DNA from: Ignavibacteria bacterium
Lineage (GTDB): Bacteria; Bacteroidota; Ignavibacteria; SZUA-365
Length of the DNA: 64,000 nt
NCBI GenBank assembly: GCA_002869275.1
Contig: PKTF01000405.1
Location: forward strand, 22,808 to 86,807
Direction of reading: 5' to 3'
The position numbers and the translations under genes were made by a program. Numbering within the stretch: the stretch's first letter is position 1; every line of letters starts with the position of its first letter. Under the pieces are notes generated by a model. The model was not told where the DNA came from. It saw only the letters and a list, made by a program, of their open reading frames with translations, and ran no database searches. This document shows positions 1-10,900 of the stretch, in pieces.

Positions 1-68
1 CGCTCAGCAGGAGCACTGTGGAAACGGTCACACGTAGCTTCACATTGACCTCCAATAAGGTGAAAGAA

Positions 69-575
69 TCAAGAGATATCTATGAGAACAGTGTTTTTTT
101 CCACAGCGTCAGCCTCCTTTACACGGATGGCCTTGACAATTCCGGCCGATGGGGCCTTGATTTCGTTTTCCATTTTCATTGCTTCGAGAATGATGACACC
201 CTGCCCCGCTTCGATGAGCTCTCCTTCGGTAACCATGATACGCGTGATTTTTCCGGGCATCGGCGATCGGACCGTCGCCGACTGAAGCTGCGTCGCTTTC
301 CCGATCTGGAAGGATTTCATCAAGGCCGTTTTTTCATCCTCGAGTTCGACAGACATTCCTTTCCCGTTAACCGTAACATGATACTGCGGTTCGTCGTCTG
401 AGGTCGGAACAGCGTAGGTAGCGTAGCTTTTGCGATTGAATCGGTACATCACACCGTCATTGACGACGTATCGCTCCGCGTCAAACGGTTTTCCGTTGAT
501 GAGGAGGGTATCCTCCTCGCTGCGTTCAACGCGATATTCGCGTCCATTGATATAGACCGTATACACGACGCTCAT
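69..575 (-). CDS. Biotin carboxyl carrier subunit of an acyl-CoA carboxylase (BT-like + biotinyl domain)
   Basis: SPMPGKI...ILEAMKMENEIKAP biotinylation motif; ATGA overlap with the upstream biotin carboxylase. Confidence 0.93.
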   Translation of the reverse strand: MSVVYTVYINGREYRVERSEEDTLLINGKPFDAERYVVNDGVMYRFNRKSYATYAVPTSDDEPQYHVTVNGKGMSVELEDEKTALMKSFQIGKATQLQSATVRSPMPGKITRIMVTEGELIEAGQGVIILEAMKMENEIKAPSAGIVKAIRVKEADAVEKNTVLIDIS

Positions 576-2089
576 CTGCTCCCTCCTCCTCGGTTGCGCA
601 ATGCCCAGGGCGAACAGCGTCCTATCTGCAAGCCTCCGTTGCTCTTTCCGGCCGCGGAGAGTTCCCAGCGCTCATGCTGTTCGATGGCCGCGAGGGCGGC
701 CGCGATTTCCTCGTCTTCGGTGGGCTCTGGAAGGTCTTCAGGCCGGAAATGCACCTGTACGAAATCGATCTGGAAATCCCCATCGATGAACTTCGGATGC
801 TCCATGACGAAACGGCAGAAGGGAATCGTTGTTTCAATACCGTGAATGACATATTCGTCCAATGCACGACGCATTTTACGGATGGCGTCCATGCGATCCA
901 TCCCCCATACGACGAGTTTGGCAAACATGGGATCATAGTGGATCGAAATTTCGCTTCCTTCCAGAATGCCTGAATCATCGCGCACACCGAATCCCTGCGC
1001 CGGTCGGCAGGCCATCACGATGCCGGTGTCGGGCAGGAAGTTGTTGCGGACATCCTCTGCGCAGAGCCGGCATTCAATGGCATGTCCCTGCAGCCGAATA
1101 TCGTCCTGCGTAAACGGCAAGGGCTTCTGTTCCGCCACGAGGATCTGCATCTTCACGAGATCGATGCCGGTCACAAGTTCGGTCACGGGATGCTCTACCT
1201 GAAGTCTCGTGTTCATCTCCAGGAAATAGAAATCCCGATTTTCATCGATGAGAAATTCGATGGTCCCAGCATTCACATAGCTGCAAGCTCGTGCGGCGTC
1301 CACTGCAGCCTGACCCATACGTGCGCGCAATTCCGCATCCACGATGGCGGAGGGGCTCTCCTCTACCACTTTCTGATGCCGTCGTTGAATCGAGCATTCG
1401 CGTTCACCGAGATGCACGATGGAGCCCTGTGCGTCGGCGAGGACCTGGATCTCGATGTGACGCGGTTTCACGACAAATTTTTCGATGTACACGCGATCAT
1501 CGCCGAAGGCTGAACGGGCCTCGTTCTGTGCGGACTCGAGCGCTTTTCTCAGGTCTTCAGGTCGCTCGACGACGCGCATGCCTTTTCCACCGCCGCCTGC
1601 GGCTGCTTTCAGCAGAATCGGGTAGCCTACTTCCAGGGCGGTCTTTTCGGCTTCTTCGGGGGATGTGACGGCGCTCTCCGTTCCCGGGACGACGGGCACG
1701 CCGCGTGCGATCATGAGCTTCCGTGCTGAGGTCTTGTCACCCATGGTCTCTATGGCACTCGCGGGCGGACCAATAAAGATCAGGCCGGCTTTCTCAACGG
1801 CACGCGCGAAGCCGGCGTTTTCGGAAAGGAAGCCATATCCTGGATGGATGGCATCGCAGTTGGCGCTCCGGGCGGTGTCAATAATGACATCCTGGCGCAG
1901 GTAACTCTGGTTCGACGGAGCGGGGCCGATCAGCCAGGCCTCGTCGGCATAACGGACGTGAGGCGAAGCGGCATCGGCCTCGGAGTACACCGCAACCGTA
2001 CGTATCCCGAGTTCCTTACAGGCACGGATGATGCGTACAGCTATTTCCCCTCTATTCGCTACTAGAATAGATCGTATTGATTGACTCAC
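572..2089 (-). CDS. accC: Biotin carboxylase subunit
   Basis: ANRGEIAVR, HPGYGFLSEN, GGGGKGMR, ERECSIQRRHQK, EMNTRLQVEHPVTE motifs. Confidence 0.97.
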   Translation of the reverse strand: MSQSIRSILVANRGEIAVRIIRACKELGIRTVAVYSEADAASPHVRYADEAWLIGPAPSNQSYLRQDVIIDTARSANCDAIHPGYGFLSENAGFARAVEKAGLIFIGPPASAIETMGDKTSARKLMIARGVPVVPGTESAVTSPEEAEKTALEVGYPILLKAAAGGGGKGMRVVERPEDLRKALESAQNEARSAFGDDRVYIEKFVVKPRHIEIQVLADAQGSIVHLGERECSIQRRHQKVVEESPSAIVDAELRARMGQAAVDAARACSYVNAGTIEFLIDENRDFYFLEMNTRLQVEHPVTELVTGIDLVKMQILVAEQKPLPFTQDDIRLQGHAIECRLCAEDVRNNFLPDTGIVMACRPAQGFGVRDDSGILEGSEISIHYDPMFAKLVVWGMDRMDAIRKMRRALDEYVIHGIETTIPFCRFVMEHPKFIDGDFQIDFVQVHFRPEDLPEPTEDEEIAAALAAIEQHERWELSAAGKSNGGLQIGRCSPWALRNRGGGSR

Positions 2090-2125
2090 GCTAGGTTGCG
2101 CTTGTGGCAGGTAATGTCAGGAAAA

Positions 2126-2154
2126 ATAATACATAATCACCAAGGCAATTACAA
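2126..2154 (-). promoter_or_regulatory. Putative sigma70 promoter for accC
   Basis: Minus strand TTGTAA-17 nt-TATTAT, about 35 nt upstream of the start. Confidence 0.6.
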
Positions 2155-2192
2155 GGAAGCACCGCACCGATGTCACGCCGTTGATGCGGTCG

Positions 2193-4586
2193 TCACGATT
2201 CGCGGAACAGCACCTTGGTCATGCCGGAGCCGCCTTCATTCCACTCACCAAGGGCGAAACTCTGGACAAAAGACAGATCCTTGAGATAGGAATGCACACG
2301 CTTTCGCAGCGCTCCTGTTCCCTTGCCGTGAATAATTTCGACCATACTCATCCCGGATGACCACGCATCCGAGAGAAAACGATCAATTTCGCTGATCGCT
2401 TCGTCGCCGTACATCCCCCTCACGTCGATGGAGTTCGAGTCGATGGGCTCTTCAAGATGCTGTGTCGCGACAAGCTTCCGGGCCTCCTTCCGCCCTATTT
2501 TTCTCAGGGAGCCAAGATCGAGCTTCATTTTCATGCTCCCGAATGCCACGGTGACCTTGCCGTCATGCGGCTCCTCGATGGCGATCCCTTTCGTGGTTGG
2601 ATTGTCGCGCATCGCCACTTCGTCTCCAGAATGAATTTCAGCGTTGTCGATACCCTCCGGTACAGCGGCTTCGGGCCGGGTGTCTTCAAGCGCTTTCTCT
2701 ATTTCTACACGCTTCGAAGTTACGCGTTCACGCGCTGTGCGAATTGCTTCCTTCGAAGCCTGTTCCTCGCGAATCTCGCGAATGGCATCTTCGACAGAGG
2801 CGTTCGCTTCGGCGAGCAGCTTTTCCGCCTGCTCCAGCGCACCCCGCTTCATCTGCTTTGCCTCCTGTTTTAAGCCCTTCACCTTGGCCGTGTACTCGGT
2901 GACAAGTGCCTCGTATTTCTCCTCGCTCTGCTCTGTCTTGCGAAGTCGAATTCCCAGATCCTGCGACTGGCGCTCAACTTCCGCAAGAAGCTGTTCGAGA
3001 GCATCAGACTGCGTTCCGATGATTTCACGGGCTCGGTCGATGATGCGTGTATCCATTCCGTGTCTTCTCGTGATCTCGAAGGCATAGCTGCTGCCGGGGA
3101 GACCAGGACGAAAGACATACGTCGGCTGCAGTGTTTTCAAATCGAATTCCATGGCGGCATTCATCATGCGTTCCTGCTCATGTGCGAACGCTTTGAGCAT
3201 GCCGTGATGGGTGGTTGCGATGACATGAGCCGATACGGCTGTGAGACGCTGCAGGATAGACGCTCCGAGTGCGCTCCCTTCCGCAGGGTCTGTTCCAGTG
3301 CCGATCTCATCGATCAGCACAAGCGAGCGGTCGGAGGCGTGATCGATAATATGAGCCAGGCGGCTCACGTGGGAGCTGAAAGTACTCAGGTCGTTCTCCA
3401 CGGACTGTTCATCACCGATATCCACAAAGATGCTTTCGTACATCGGAAATTCGCTTGATTCGTCACAGGGCACCGGAATACCGCTCTGCACCATGAGCGC
3501 ACAGAGTCCGGCTGTTTTCATCGTGATGCTCTTCCCGCCTGCATTGGGACCGGTAATAATGATTGTCGACGCATCTTCACCAAGTGTGAGGTCCAGCGGA
3601 ACAACATCCGGTGACTTTTTGTGCAATAGGAGCAGAGGGTGACGCGTATGCTTTAAGACGAGAGGTCCGTCGAGTTTAACGTTCGGACTGGCGCCCATCG
3701 ATTCCTTGCCGTATCGTGCACGCGCATAGAGACTGTCGATGTCTCCCAGCAGTTCGATGCTGCGCTGCAGAGCGGCGACCGTACCACGCAGACGACCGGT
3801 CAGCTCGGTGAGGATGTTGTTGACCTCACGGATTTCAGCGAACTGCAGGTCACGGATCTCGTTATTGAGGTCGAGTGTTTCCGTAGGTTCGATATACACT
3901 GTCTGACCCGTGGCCGAGGTGGAGTGTATGAAGCCCTGGATCTGTCGCTTGTATTCCACCTTGACTGGCAGCACCATGCGTCCATCGCGCATCGTGACCA
4001 GTTCCTCCATCACCATGTCGTCGTCTGAAACCCGTTTGAGTATTCCTTCCATCCTGCGGCGCAGCTGACCGGATTTCTCGATGATCTCGCGTCGTATGGC
4101 ACGTAATTCCTTGCTGGCGCTGTCTTTGACTCCCCCCTCGTCGTCGACGACACGGTCGATATGAAATTCCAGCATTTTGTCTTCGTGCAGTTCGGCCGCG
4201 AGTTTCGCCAGCAGAGGGCTGCGATCCGATCTCTTGCTAAGGAATGTCTTTATTTTACGTGAGACGGTCAGGGTGTGCAGCAGGTAACGAAAGTCCTCCG
4301 CGGCGATGACACTTCCCTCCTTCGCCGCGCGATGAAGCGCTGAGCGCGTATCTTCGAGACGCTCCAGAGGCGGGCCGTCGTCTCCATCGAGCAAGGCTCG
4401 CATCTCATCGACACGGGCAAGCTCGTCACGGACGAGTGCGAATACGGCGGAAGGCAGCAGACTGCCGATCCGTTCCTTCCCGTATTCCGAAACGCAGTAA
4501 CCTGCGATATGAGTGATCATGCGATCAAATTGGAGGGTGGCGATTGCATCGCCGAAAGCTGACTGTTCAGGCACGGTTTGTTCCAT
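2193..4586 (-). CDS. mutS2: Endonuclease/ribosome-rescue factor MutS2
   Basis: GPNAGGKS Walker A, DIGDEQS...STFSSH, DEIGTGTDP, coiled coil, C-terminal Smr domain (IHGKGTGALR). Confidence 0.96.
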   Translation of the reverse strand: MEQTVPEQSAFGDAIATLQFDRMITHIAGYCVSEYGKERIGSLLPSAVFALVRDELARVDEMRALLDGDDGPPLERLEDTRSALHRAAKEGSVIAAEDFRYLLHTLTVSRKIKTFLSKRSDRSPLLAKLAAELHEDKMLEFHIDRVVDDEGGVKDSASKELRAIRREIIEKSGQLRRRMEGILKRVSDDDMVMEELVTMRDGRMVLPVKVEYKRQIQGFIHSTSATGQTVYIEPTETLDLNNEIRDLQFAEIREVNNILTELTGRLRGTVAALQRSIELLGDIDSLYARARYGKESMGASPNVKLDGPLVLKHTRHPLLLLHKKSPDVVPLDLTLGEDASTIIITGPNAGGKSITMKTAGLCALMVQSGIPVPCDESSEFPMYESIFVDIGDEQSVENDLSTFSSHVSRLAHIIDHASDRSLVLIDEIGTGTDPAEGSALGASILQRLTAVSAHVIATTHHGMLKAFAHEQERMMNAAMEFDLKTLQPTYVFRPGLPGSSYAFEITRRHGMDTRIIDRAREIIGTQSDALEQLLAEVERQSQDLGIRLRKTEQSEEKYEALVTEYTAKVKGLKQEAKQMKRGALEQAEKLLAEANASVEDAIREIREEQASKEAIRTARERVTSKRVEIEKALEDTRPEAAVPEGIDNAEIHSGDEVAMRDNPTTKGIAIEEPHDGKVTVAFGSMKMKLDLGSLRKIGRKEARKLVATQHLEEPIDSNSIDVRGMYGDEAISEIDRFLSDAWSSGMSMVEIIHGKGTGALRKRVHSYLKDLSFVQSFALGEWNEGGSGMTKVLFRES

Positions 4587-4594
4587 CGTGACAG

Positions 4595-4631
4595 AAAATA
4601 AAAAGGCAAACGTCGATAGACGTTTGCCTTT
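4595..4631 (-). terminator. Intrinsic terminator after the exbBDD operon
   Basis: 13-bp stem AAAGGCAAACGTC-gata-GACGTTTGCCTTT followed by a U-rich tract on the minus strand. Confidence 0.8.
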
Positions 4632-4652
4632 GTTCGACGTACGATACGTGTA

Positions 4653-5066
4653 TCAGAGCTTCACAAGCGCTGAATAGTTGATACGTAGAGCATCGGCACG
4701 GCGCAGCTCCTGCTGCACGTCGCTGACGATACCCATACGCGACCCCTTATCGATGCGGAGCGACATGATAATATTCGGATTGTTCATGCGCTTCTGGTAG
4801 GCGATGTTGGTGATCGCGTTGACAGGAATAATGCTGTCGTCGATCTGGATGCGCTCGTCATTTCCGATCCAGATATAGGAAAGCAGTCGTTTGTTATCGA
4901 TTTTTTCAACAGAAATGGCATCCGGCAGCGTGTACTGCACCTGGATATCGACTTCACGCAGCACGGTCGAAACCATGAAGAAGATCAGCAGCATGAAGAT
5001 GATATCAGGCAGGGACGAAGTCGGGATGTCCTGCTGTGACGTGGCTATTTTTTTATTGAATTTCAT
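4653..5066 (-). CDS. exbD: Biopolymer transporter ExbD
   Basis: SLPDIIFMLLIFFMV transmembrane segment with conserved Asp; periplasmic LRIDK motif. Confidence 0.93.
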   Translation of the reverse strand: MKFNKKIATSQQDIPTSSLPDIIFMLLIFFMVSTVLREVDIQVQYTLPDAISVEKIDNKRLLSYIWIGNDERIQIDDSIIPVNAITNIAYQKRMNNPNIIMSLRIDKGSRMGIVSDVQQELRRADALRINYSALVKL

Positions 5067-5086
5067 ATGTTCAGCTCCTCCTGCTC

Positions 5087-5596
5087 TTAACCTTCTGCCT
5101 GGGTCGGTTCGGCAAGGGAGATACGTTGGGGAATCGCCCTGCGGATTTCCATGATCTGATCCTCATTGGCCTGATCCATGGGAACGCCGAATTTCTCGCG
5201 GCTGTATTCCTGGCGCAGGTCCGTGTAGGCGAGTTTCAGCTGGTCCATCACGTCAATGTAGATTTTATACGGAGTATCACGAACGGTCTTGTACGAAATG
5301 ATGAGCTTGGGATTGGACTTGATGCGTGCGATCATCTCCGACTTGATCTGCGGCACACCGATGATTTTCTCATCGAGAAGCACGTCTCCAACCTCATTAA
5401 CCAGGAGGTTCGCGATATTATCTGACTTGACGGCAACCTGTTCTGCGTTATCAACCCAGGGCGGCAGCACCAGATCGATGCCGGTATCGACGTCAATCGT
5501 CGTCGTTACCAGGAAGAACAGCAGGAGCAGGAAGGAAATATCCGCCAGTCCGCTCGAACTGATCTCCGCACCGGGTCTCTTTTTCTTACGAAACAT
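5087..5596 (-). CDS. exbD: Biopolymer transporter ExbD (second paralog)
   Basis: LADISFLLLLFFLVTT transmembrane motif; C-terminal ISLAEP typical of Bacteroidota ExbD. Confidence 0.92.
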   Translation of the reverse strand: MFRKKKRPGAEISSSGLADISFLLLLFFLVTTTIDVDTGIDLVLPPWVDNAEQVAVKSDNIANLLVNEVGDVLLDEKIIGVPQIKSEMIARIKSNPKLIISYKTVRDTPYKIYIDVMDQLKLAYTDLRQEYSREKFGVPMDQANEDQIMEIRRAIPQRISLAEPTQAEG

Positions 5597-5633
5597 GATT
5601 GAGTCCTCGTGTTAATTGGAAACGGACAGACGG

Positions 5634-6332
5634 TTAGTTGTTGACCTTCTTTCCTCTTTCCAGCAGTACCAGCGAGTCAATCAGTTCAATCGAACTTTCT
5701 TCCATATCGACGACAAGCTTGTCGATGCGGGCGATGAAGTAGTTGTAGAGGACCTGGAGAATCATCGCGACGATGAGACCGAACAGGGTCGTGAGCAGTG
5801 CAACGGAGATACCGCTGGCAACGATTTCCGGCGAAATATTCTTTGCGGCCGCAATGGAGTCGAATGCCTGGATCATACCGGCAACCGTACCGGCAAAACC
5901 GAGGAGCGGTGCGATGGAGATAAAGGTCGAAATCCAGATCATGCCACGCTCGAGGAAGGACATTTCGATCGAGCCATAGCTGATCACGGCCTTTTCGGCA
6001 GCCTCGATACCTTCATCGGCACGCATGAGACCGGCCTGGAAGACGCTGGCGATCGATCCGCTATTCTTGGAGCATACGTCGATGGCCTTGTCAACTCCAC
6101 CTTCGTCAAGCGCTTTTTTCACGTCGACGAGGAATTTTTTCGTGTTCACGGATGCGCGACCAAGGGAGATGAATTTGAAAATGACGAAGGCCAGTCCAAG
6201 TACGAGACTGATCAGGATCGGCCACATGAAGCCGCCACCCTCGTTGAATTTTTGCACGAGGAAATTGACGACGCCGCCATCATCACCGGCTTCCTGAAGA
6301 AGCAGAAGGAAGGTTCCAAGAACATGCTGCAT
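5634..6332 (-). CDS. exbB: MotA/TolQ/ExbB proton channel
   Basis: GGGFMWPI, APLLGFAGTVAGMI, GISVALLTTLFGL. Confidence 0.95.
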   Translation of the reverse strand: MQHVLGTFLLLLQEAGDDGGVVNFLVQKFNEGGGFMWPILISLVLGLAFVIFKFISLGRASVNTKKFLVDVKKALDEGGVDKAIDVCSKNSGSIASVFQAGLMRADEGIEAAEKAVISYGSIEMSFLERGMIWISTFISIAPLLGFAGTVAGMIQAFDSIAAAKNISPEIVASGISVALLTTLFGLIVAMILQVLYNYFIARIDKLVVDMEESSIELIDSLVLLERGKKVNN

Positions 6333-6387
6333 GTTAGTATGCCTCCAGAGTAGAGATAAAGGGTTTCAAAATTCTCAAATCATTACT

Positions 6388-6416
6388 AAAATACGCCTCG
6401 CACCTGCGAAACTCAA
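6388..6416 (-). promoter_or_regulatory. Putative sigma70 promoter for exbBDD
   Basis: Minus strand TTGAGT-17 nt-TATTTT. Confidence 0.5.
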
Positions 6417-6500
6417 GCGTATAATCGGGGTAAATTACGAAGATTGTGGGAGAATCCCGATGGGAAAAAGTATCTCCGTCCGATCTCTCCCGATTCGGAC

Positions 6501-7223
6501 TCAAGCACCTTCTCCGGCCCCCTCCACGGAACCACTTTCCAGCTCATCGACGAACATCTGCGTGATGATCTGCGGACGTGTGATGGCCGATCCGACGACC
6601 ACTGCGTACGCCCCGATATCCAGGCAATGGCGTGCCGCCTCAGGAGACCAGATTCTTCCCTCCGCGATCACCGGAATGGTGAGGGACGTTGAGAGCTCCC
6701 GGATCAATGGAAAATCGGGTGTTTTGTAATCGTCGGTCCTCGTTCCATGTGTGTAGCCCGCGAGGGTAGTCGCAACGAAATCCGCACGCATTTCCGCTGC
6801 CCGCACGCCTTCCCTGAACGTGGCGACGTCGGCCCACAACGGATGATGGAAGCGTTTCCGCGCCTGCTCGAAGAAAAGGAACCCGTCGGTGTCGACCGGA
6901 CGCTTGCGCTTCGTCGTGTCTATGGCAACGATATCCGCTCCGGCACTGAACAGCGCATCGATGTCGTCAAGACTCGGCGTGATCAGTGGAGAGCCGTCGG
7001 GATAGGTGCCGTTCGTGAATCCAATGATGGGAAGTTTCGTCTGCGGCCGGATGCTGCGAATGCGTTCAACTCCCTCGATGCGGAGGCCGACCGCCCCGCC
7101 CTGCATGGCTGCATGTACGAAATACGACAGGGCATCGAATGCGTCATTCCCCTGCTGTTCTTCCACATGGCAGGAAACGATCACGCCTCCGTGCAGCTGA
7201 TGTGCGATTTGTTCTCCAGTCAT
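6501..7223 (-). CDS. nanE: N-acetylmannosamine-6-phosphate 2-epimerase family protein (catalytic Lys apparently replaced)
   Basis: GVIVSC, LPIIG, LITP, TTLAGYT, IAEGRI, VVGSAITRP NanE motifs. Confidence 0.88.
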   Translation of the reverse strand: MTGEQIAHQLHGGVIVSCHVEEQQGNDAFDALSYFVHAAMQGGAVGLRIEGVERIRSIRPQTKLPIIGFTNGTYPDGSPLITPSLDDIDALFSAGADIVAIDTTKRKRPVDTDGFLFFEQARKRFHHPLWADVATFREGVRAAEMRADFVATTLAGYTHGTRTDDYKTPDFPLIRELSTSLTIPVIAEGRIWSPEAARHCLDIGAYAVVVGSAITRPQIITQMFVDELESGSVEGAGEGA

Positions 7224-7253
7224 GTCACCAACCGATGTAAGTATCGAGTGAAT

Positions 7254-7964
7254 TTATATCGCAGCATGAAACAGAAACACACCTGCGAGAACGAAAGCTG
7301 CCAGCACGGTCCAGAAGACGAGTGTCCGGGTAAATGCCGTTCCGTAGGACAGTCCGTGCAGCATAAAGGGCCGCGGAAGCAGCACCATGCTCCACAGCAG
7401 CGCGAGCAGGTCTATTCCGACGAAGCTCCAGTACGGCAGGGGCTGTGTTTGCCATGCCGGTGGATTCGTAGAAAACAGCAGAACTCCGAAGATCCCGAGC
7501 TGCAGCGGTAATACAATGACAGACGTCCACAGAAGCGGTGAGATTCCAAACGCGGCGTACGCTCCCGTCTGTCGAAAACGAAGCCGTGCGCCGGTACTCA
7601 CGCGAAACACCGACCGCAGAGCGGCAGTGGCCGCAACAAAAGCCAACAGCCCGAATACAGGTCCGGCGGCGACGCAGGCAAGGAGCACGTAGCTGAACGG
7701 TGTATCAGTGTCTCCAACACGGGCGGCTGCAAGGACCAGGGCGACAAGAACCGGTCCCGTCAGAGCGAACAGCAGGAACGTATAATTTTTCTGCTCGCTA
7801 CGCGCGATTCTCAGAAACGTCGTTTCCGGGGATTCAATGATACCCCACAGCGTGGAAAACAGGTTTAGTGCCGGGACGCGATCGCGTATGTATGCTCCGC
7901 AGCTGCCGCAGCGAAGGTCGAGGACAGAGCTTTCAGCTCCACATGACGGACACCGGCGCGTCAC
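7254..7964 (-). CDS. Yip1-like membrane protein with N-terminal zinc ribbon
   Basis: CPSCG...CGSCG then 'WGIIESPETTFLRI' and about 5 hydrophobic segments. Confidence 0.75.
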   Translation of the reverse strand: MTRRCPSCGAESSVLDLRCGSCGAYIRDRVPALNLFSTLWGIIESPETTFLRIARSEQKNYTFLLFALTGPVLVALVLAAARVGDTDTPFSYVLLACVAAGPVFGLLAFVAATAALRSVFRVSTGARLRFRQTGAYAAFGISPLLWTSVIVLPLQLGIFGVLLFSTNPPAWQTQPLPYWSFVGIDLLALLWSMVLLPRPFMLHGLSYGTAFTRTLVFWTVLAAFVLAGVFLFHAAI

Positions 7965-7991
7965 CGGTTGTGAGCGGATGATAACCGCCTC

Positions 7992-10900
7992 CTATTTACC
8001 GTGACATTGCTTGTACTTCTTGCCGCTGCCACAGGGACAGGGATCATTTCGACCGGGTCTCTTCTCCACACGGACAGGTTGACGTTTGCCTGCGGTTGCC
8101 TCCTGGGGCGCTTCGAGACCGGGAGCCGCTTCCTTATTGGCCTGGTATCCCATTCCAGTCGAGGACTGATGTGAGGTAACCAGTTCGCTGACGCTCGGTC
8201 CGGTCGGCTGTGCAGGGAGATCTTCCTGTACCGGGTAGAGTCGGAAGACCATGCCCAGGACTTCGCGATTAATCATACCAAGCATCTGTACGAACAGCTC
8301 GAATGCTTCGCGTTTGTATTCGATGAGCGGATCTTTCTGGCCATAGGCGCGCATATGGATACCCTCTTTGAGGTCGTCCATCTCGCGCAGATGCTCCTTC
8401 CAACGCATATCGATCACCTGGAGGAGAGCCATGCGCATGAGTGCGTTCATGACATCCGATCCGAGGTCCTCTTCCTTGCGACGGAGGAAATCGAAGGAGG
8501 ACTTGACGATCTGCTCCTTCAGTTCGGGAGCCCCGGAGACACTCACACGCTCCTTATCGAGGTCGAGATCGATCACGAGGTTACGCCGCAGTTCCTCGCG
8601 CAGGCCGTCCATATCACCGCTTTCCCAATGCTGATCGGCGAGCTCCTCGACGTACTGATCGACCATCTCGTAGATTTCATCCTTGAGATTTTCACCGATA
8701 AGGGCCTGACGGCGACGAGCATAGATGACTGTGCGCTGCTGGTTCATGACGTCATCGTATTCCAGGAGGCGCTTACGAATGCCGAAGTTGTTTTCCTCCA
8801 CTTTTTTCTGCGCGCGCTCAACGGATTTGGTGATCATTGAATGGCTGATCACTTCCCCTTCCTCCACACCGAGCTTTGTCATGACTCCGGCGATGCGATC
8901 AGATTTGAAGAGCCGCATCAGGTCGTCTTCGAGGGAGAGGTAGAACCGAGTCATTCCGGGATCACCCTGGCGACCCGCGCGTCCGCGCAGCTGCCTGTCG
9001 ATACGGCGCGCTTCGTGCCGTTCCGTACCGAGAATAACGAGCCCCCCTGCTTCCTTCACACCCGGACCGAGCTTGATATCGGTACCGCGTCCCGCCATGT
9101 TGGTGGCGATTGTCACGGCACCCGGGAGGCCGGCGTTGGCGACAATTTCCGCCTCATGGCGGTGCTGCTTCGCATTGAGAACATTGTGAGGAACGCCACG
9201 GCGCTTCAGCATACGGGAGAGTGTTTCGGACACTTCCACGTTCGTTGTACCGACGAGAGTCGGCTGTCTGTTCTCACGGCATTCCTCGATGAAATCAATG
9301 ACCGCGTTGTATTTCTCACGCCTCGTCTTGTAAATGTGGTCTTCCTGATCGTCGCGGACGATGGGCCTGTTGGTCGGGATGACCACCACATCGAGTTTGT
9401 AGATTTCATAAAACTCACCGGCCTCGGTTTCCGCTGTACCGGTCATGCCGGCAAGCTTATTGTAGAGTCGGAAATAGTTCTGCAGAGTGATGGTAGCAAG
9501 CGTCTGCGTATCGCCCTCGACCTTGACGTTCTCCTTGCTCTCGATGGCCTGATGCAATCCTTCAGAGTAACGGCGTCCGGGAAGGATGCGTCCGGTGAAG
9601 GTATCGACAATCATCACCTTCCCTTCCTGCACCACATACTCGACATCCTTTTCGTACAGACAGTAGGCCTTGAGCAGCTGGTGGACGGTGTGGATGCGAT
9701 CACTGCGTTCGGCGTACACCTGCTGCAGCTTATCCTTTTCGCGCTGCAGTTCCTTCGGTTCAAGTCCCTGGCCCTCGAGGACACTCAGTTCGGTAGTGAT
9801 ATCCGGGAGAACGAAGAAATCCGCTTCATCCTTCGAAGGGGCGAGAAACTCTCTTCCCTTGTCGGTGAGATCGACGATATAGGTTTTTTCGTCGAGGGAG
9901 AAATACAGTTCCTCGATAATTTCCGGCATCCTGCGAGCGCTGTCGGCCCGGTAGATGTTTTCCGTCTTATGCATCAGTGTCTCATTTTCCGGATCACTGA
10001 GAATTTTCAGCAGACGCTTGTTTTTCGGAAGACCGCGCTGGGCCCGGTATATCAGAACCCCGGCTTCATCACGATTGCCATCTTTGAGCAGACGTTCGGC
10101 CTCTGCCAGGATCTTCGCGATGAAGGCATTCTGGGCGTTGACGATGCGGTCTACCCTGGGCTTCATTTCGTCGAACTTATGATCGGTGTTGCCGACCGGA
10201 CCGCTGATGATCAGCGGAGTACGTGCCTCATCGATGAGCACGGAATCGACTTCATCGACGATGGCATAGTTATGCGGCCGCTGCACCATGTCCTGCGGAT
10301 CGATAACCATGTTGTCGCGCAGGTAATCGAAGCCGAACTCGTTGTTGGTACCGTAGGTGATGTCCATGTTATAGATTTCACGACGTTCCTGCGGCGACAT
10401 CGTGTTCTGGATGCATCCGACGGTCAGCCCGTGAAACTCATAGACGGGCGACATCCATTCGCTGTCACGCTTTGCGAGGTAATCGTTGACGGTGACGAGA
10501 TGGACACCCTTCCCCGGCAGTGCGTTGAGGTAGACAGGAAGCGTCGCGACCAGCGTCTTTCCTTCACCCGTCGCCATTTCAGAAATTTTCCCCTGATGCA
10601 GGGTAATACCACCGATGAGCTGCACGTCGAACGGCACCATGTTCCAGACTGTTTTATTGTCCACAACGAGGTACTCATGGTCGACCAGGCGACGACAGGT
10701 TTCTTTCACGACGGCGAAGGCCTCGGGAAGGATTTCGTCGAGCACGTCCTCGATCGTATCCTTCAGTTCCTCCCGCAGTATTTTCTGCCGGTCGTGCAGG
10801 GCATCGCGGTTCGCCTGACCGGTATCCGTCTCGAGTTCGCGTGTGATGCCCACAATCTCTTCTTCGATCTCACGGGTTTCGTCGGCGATTCTTTTCTTGA

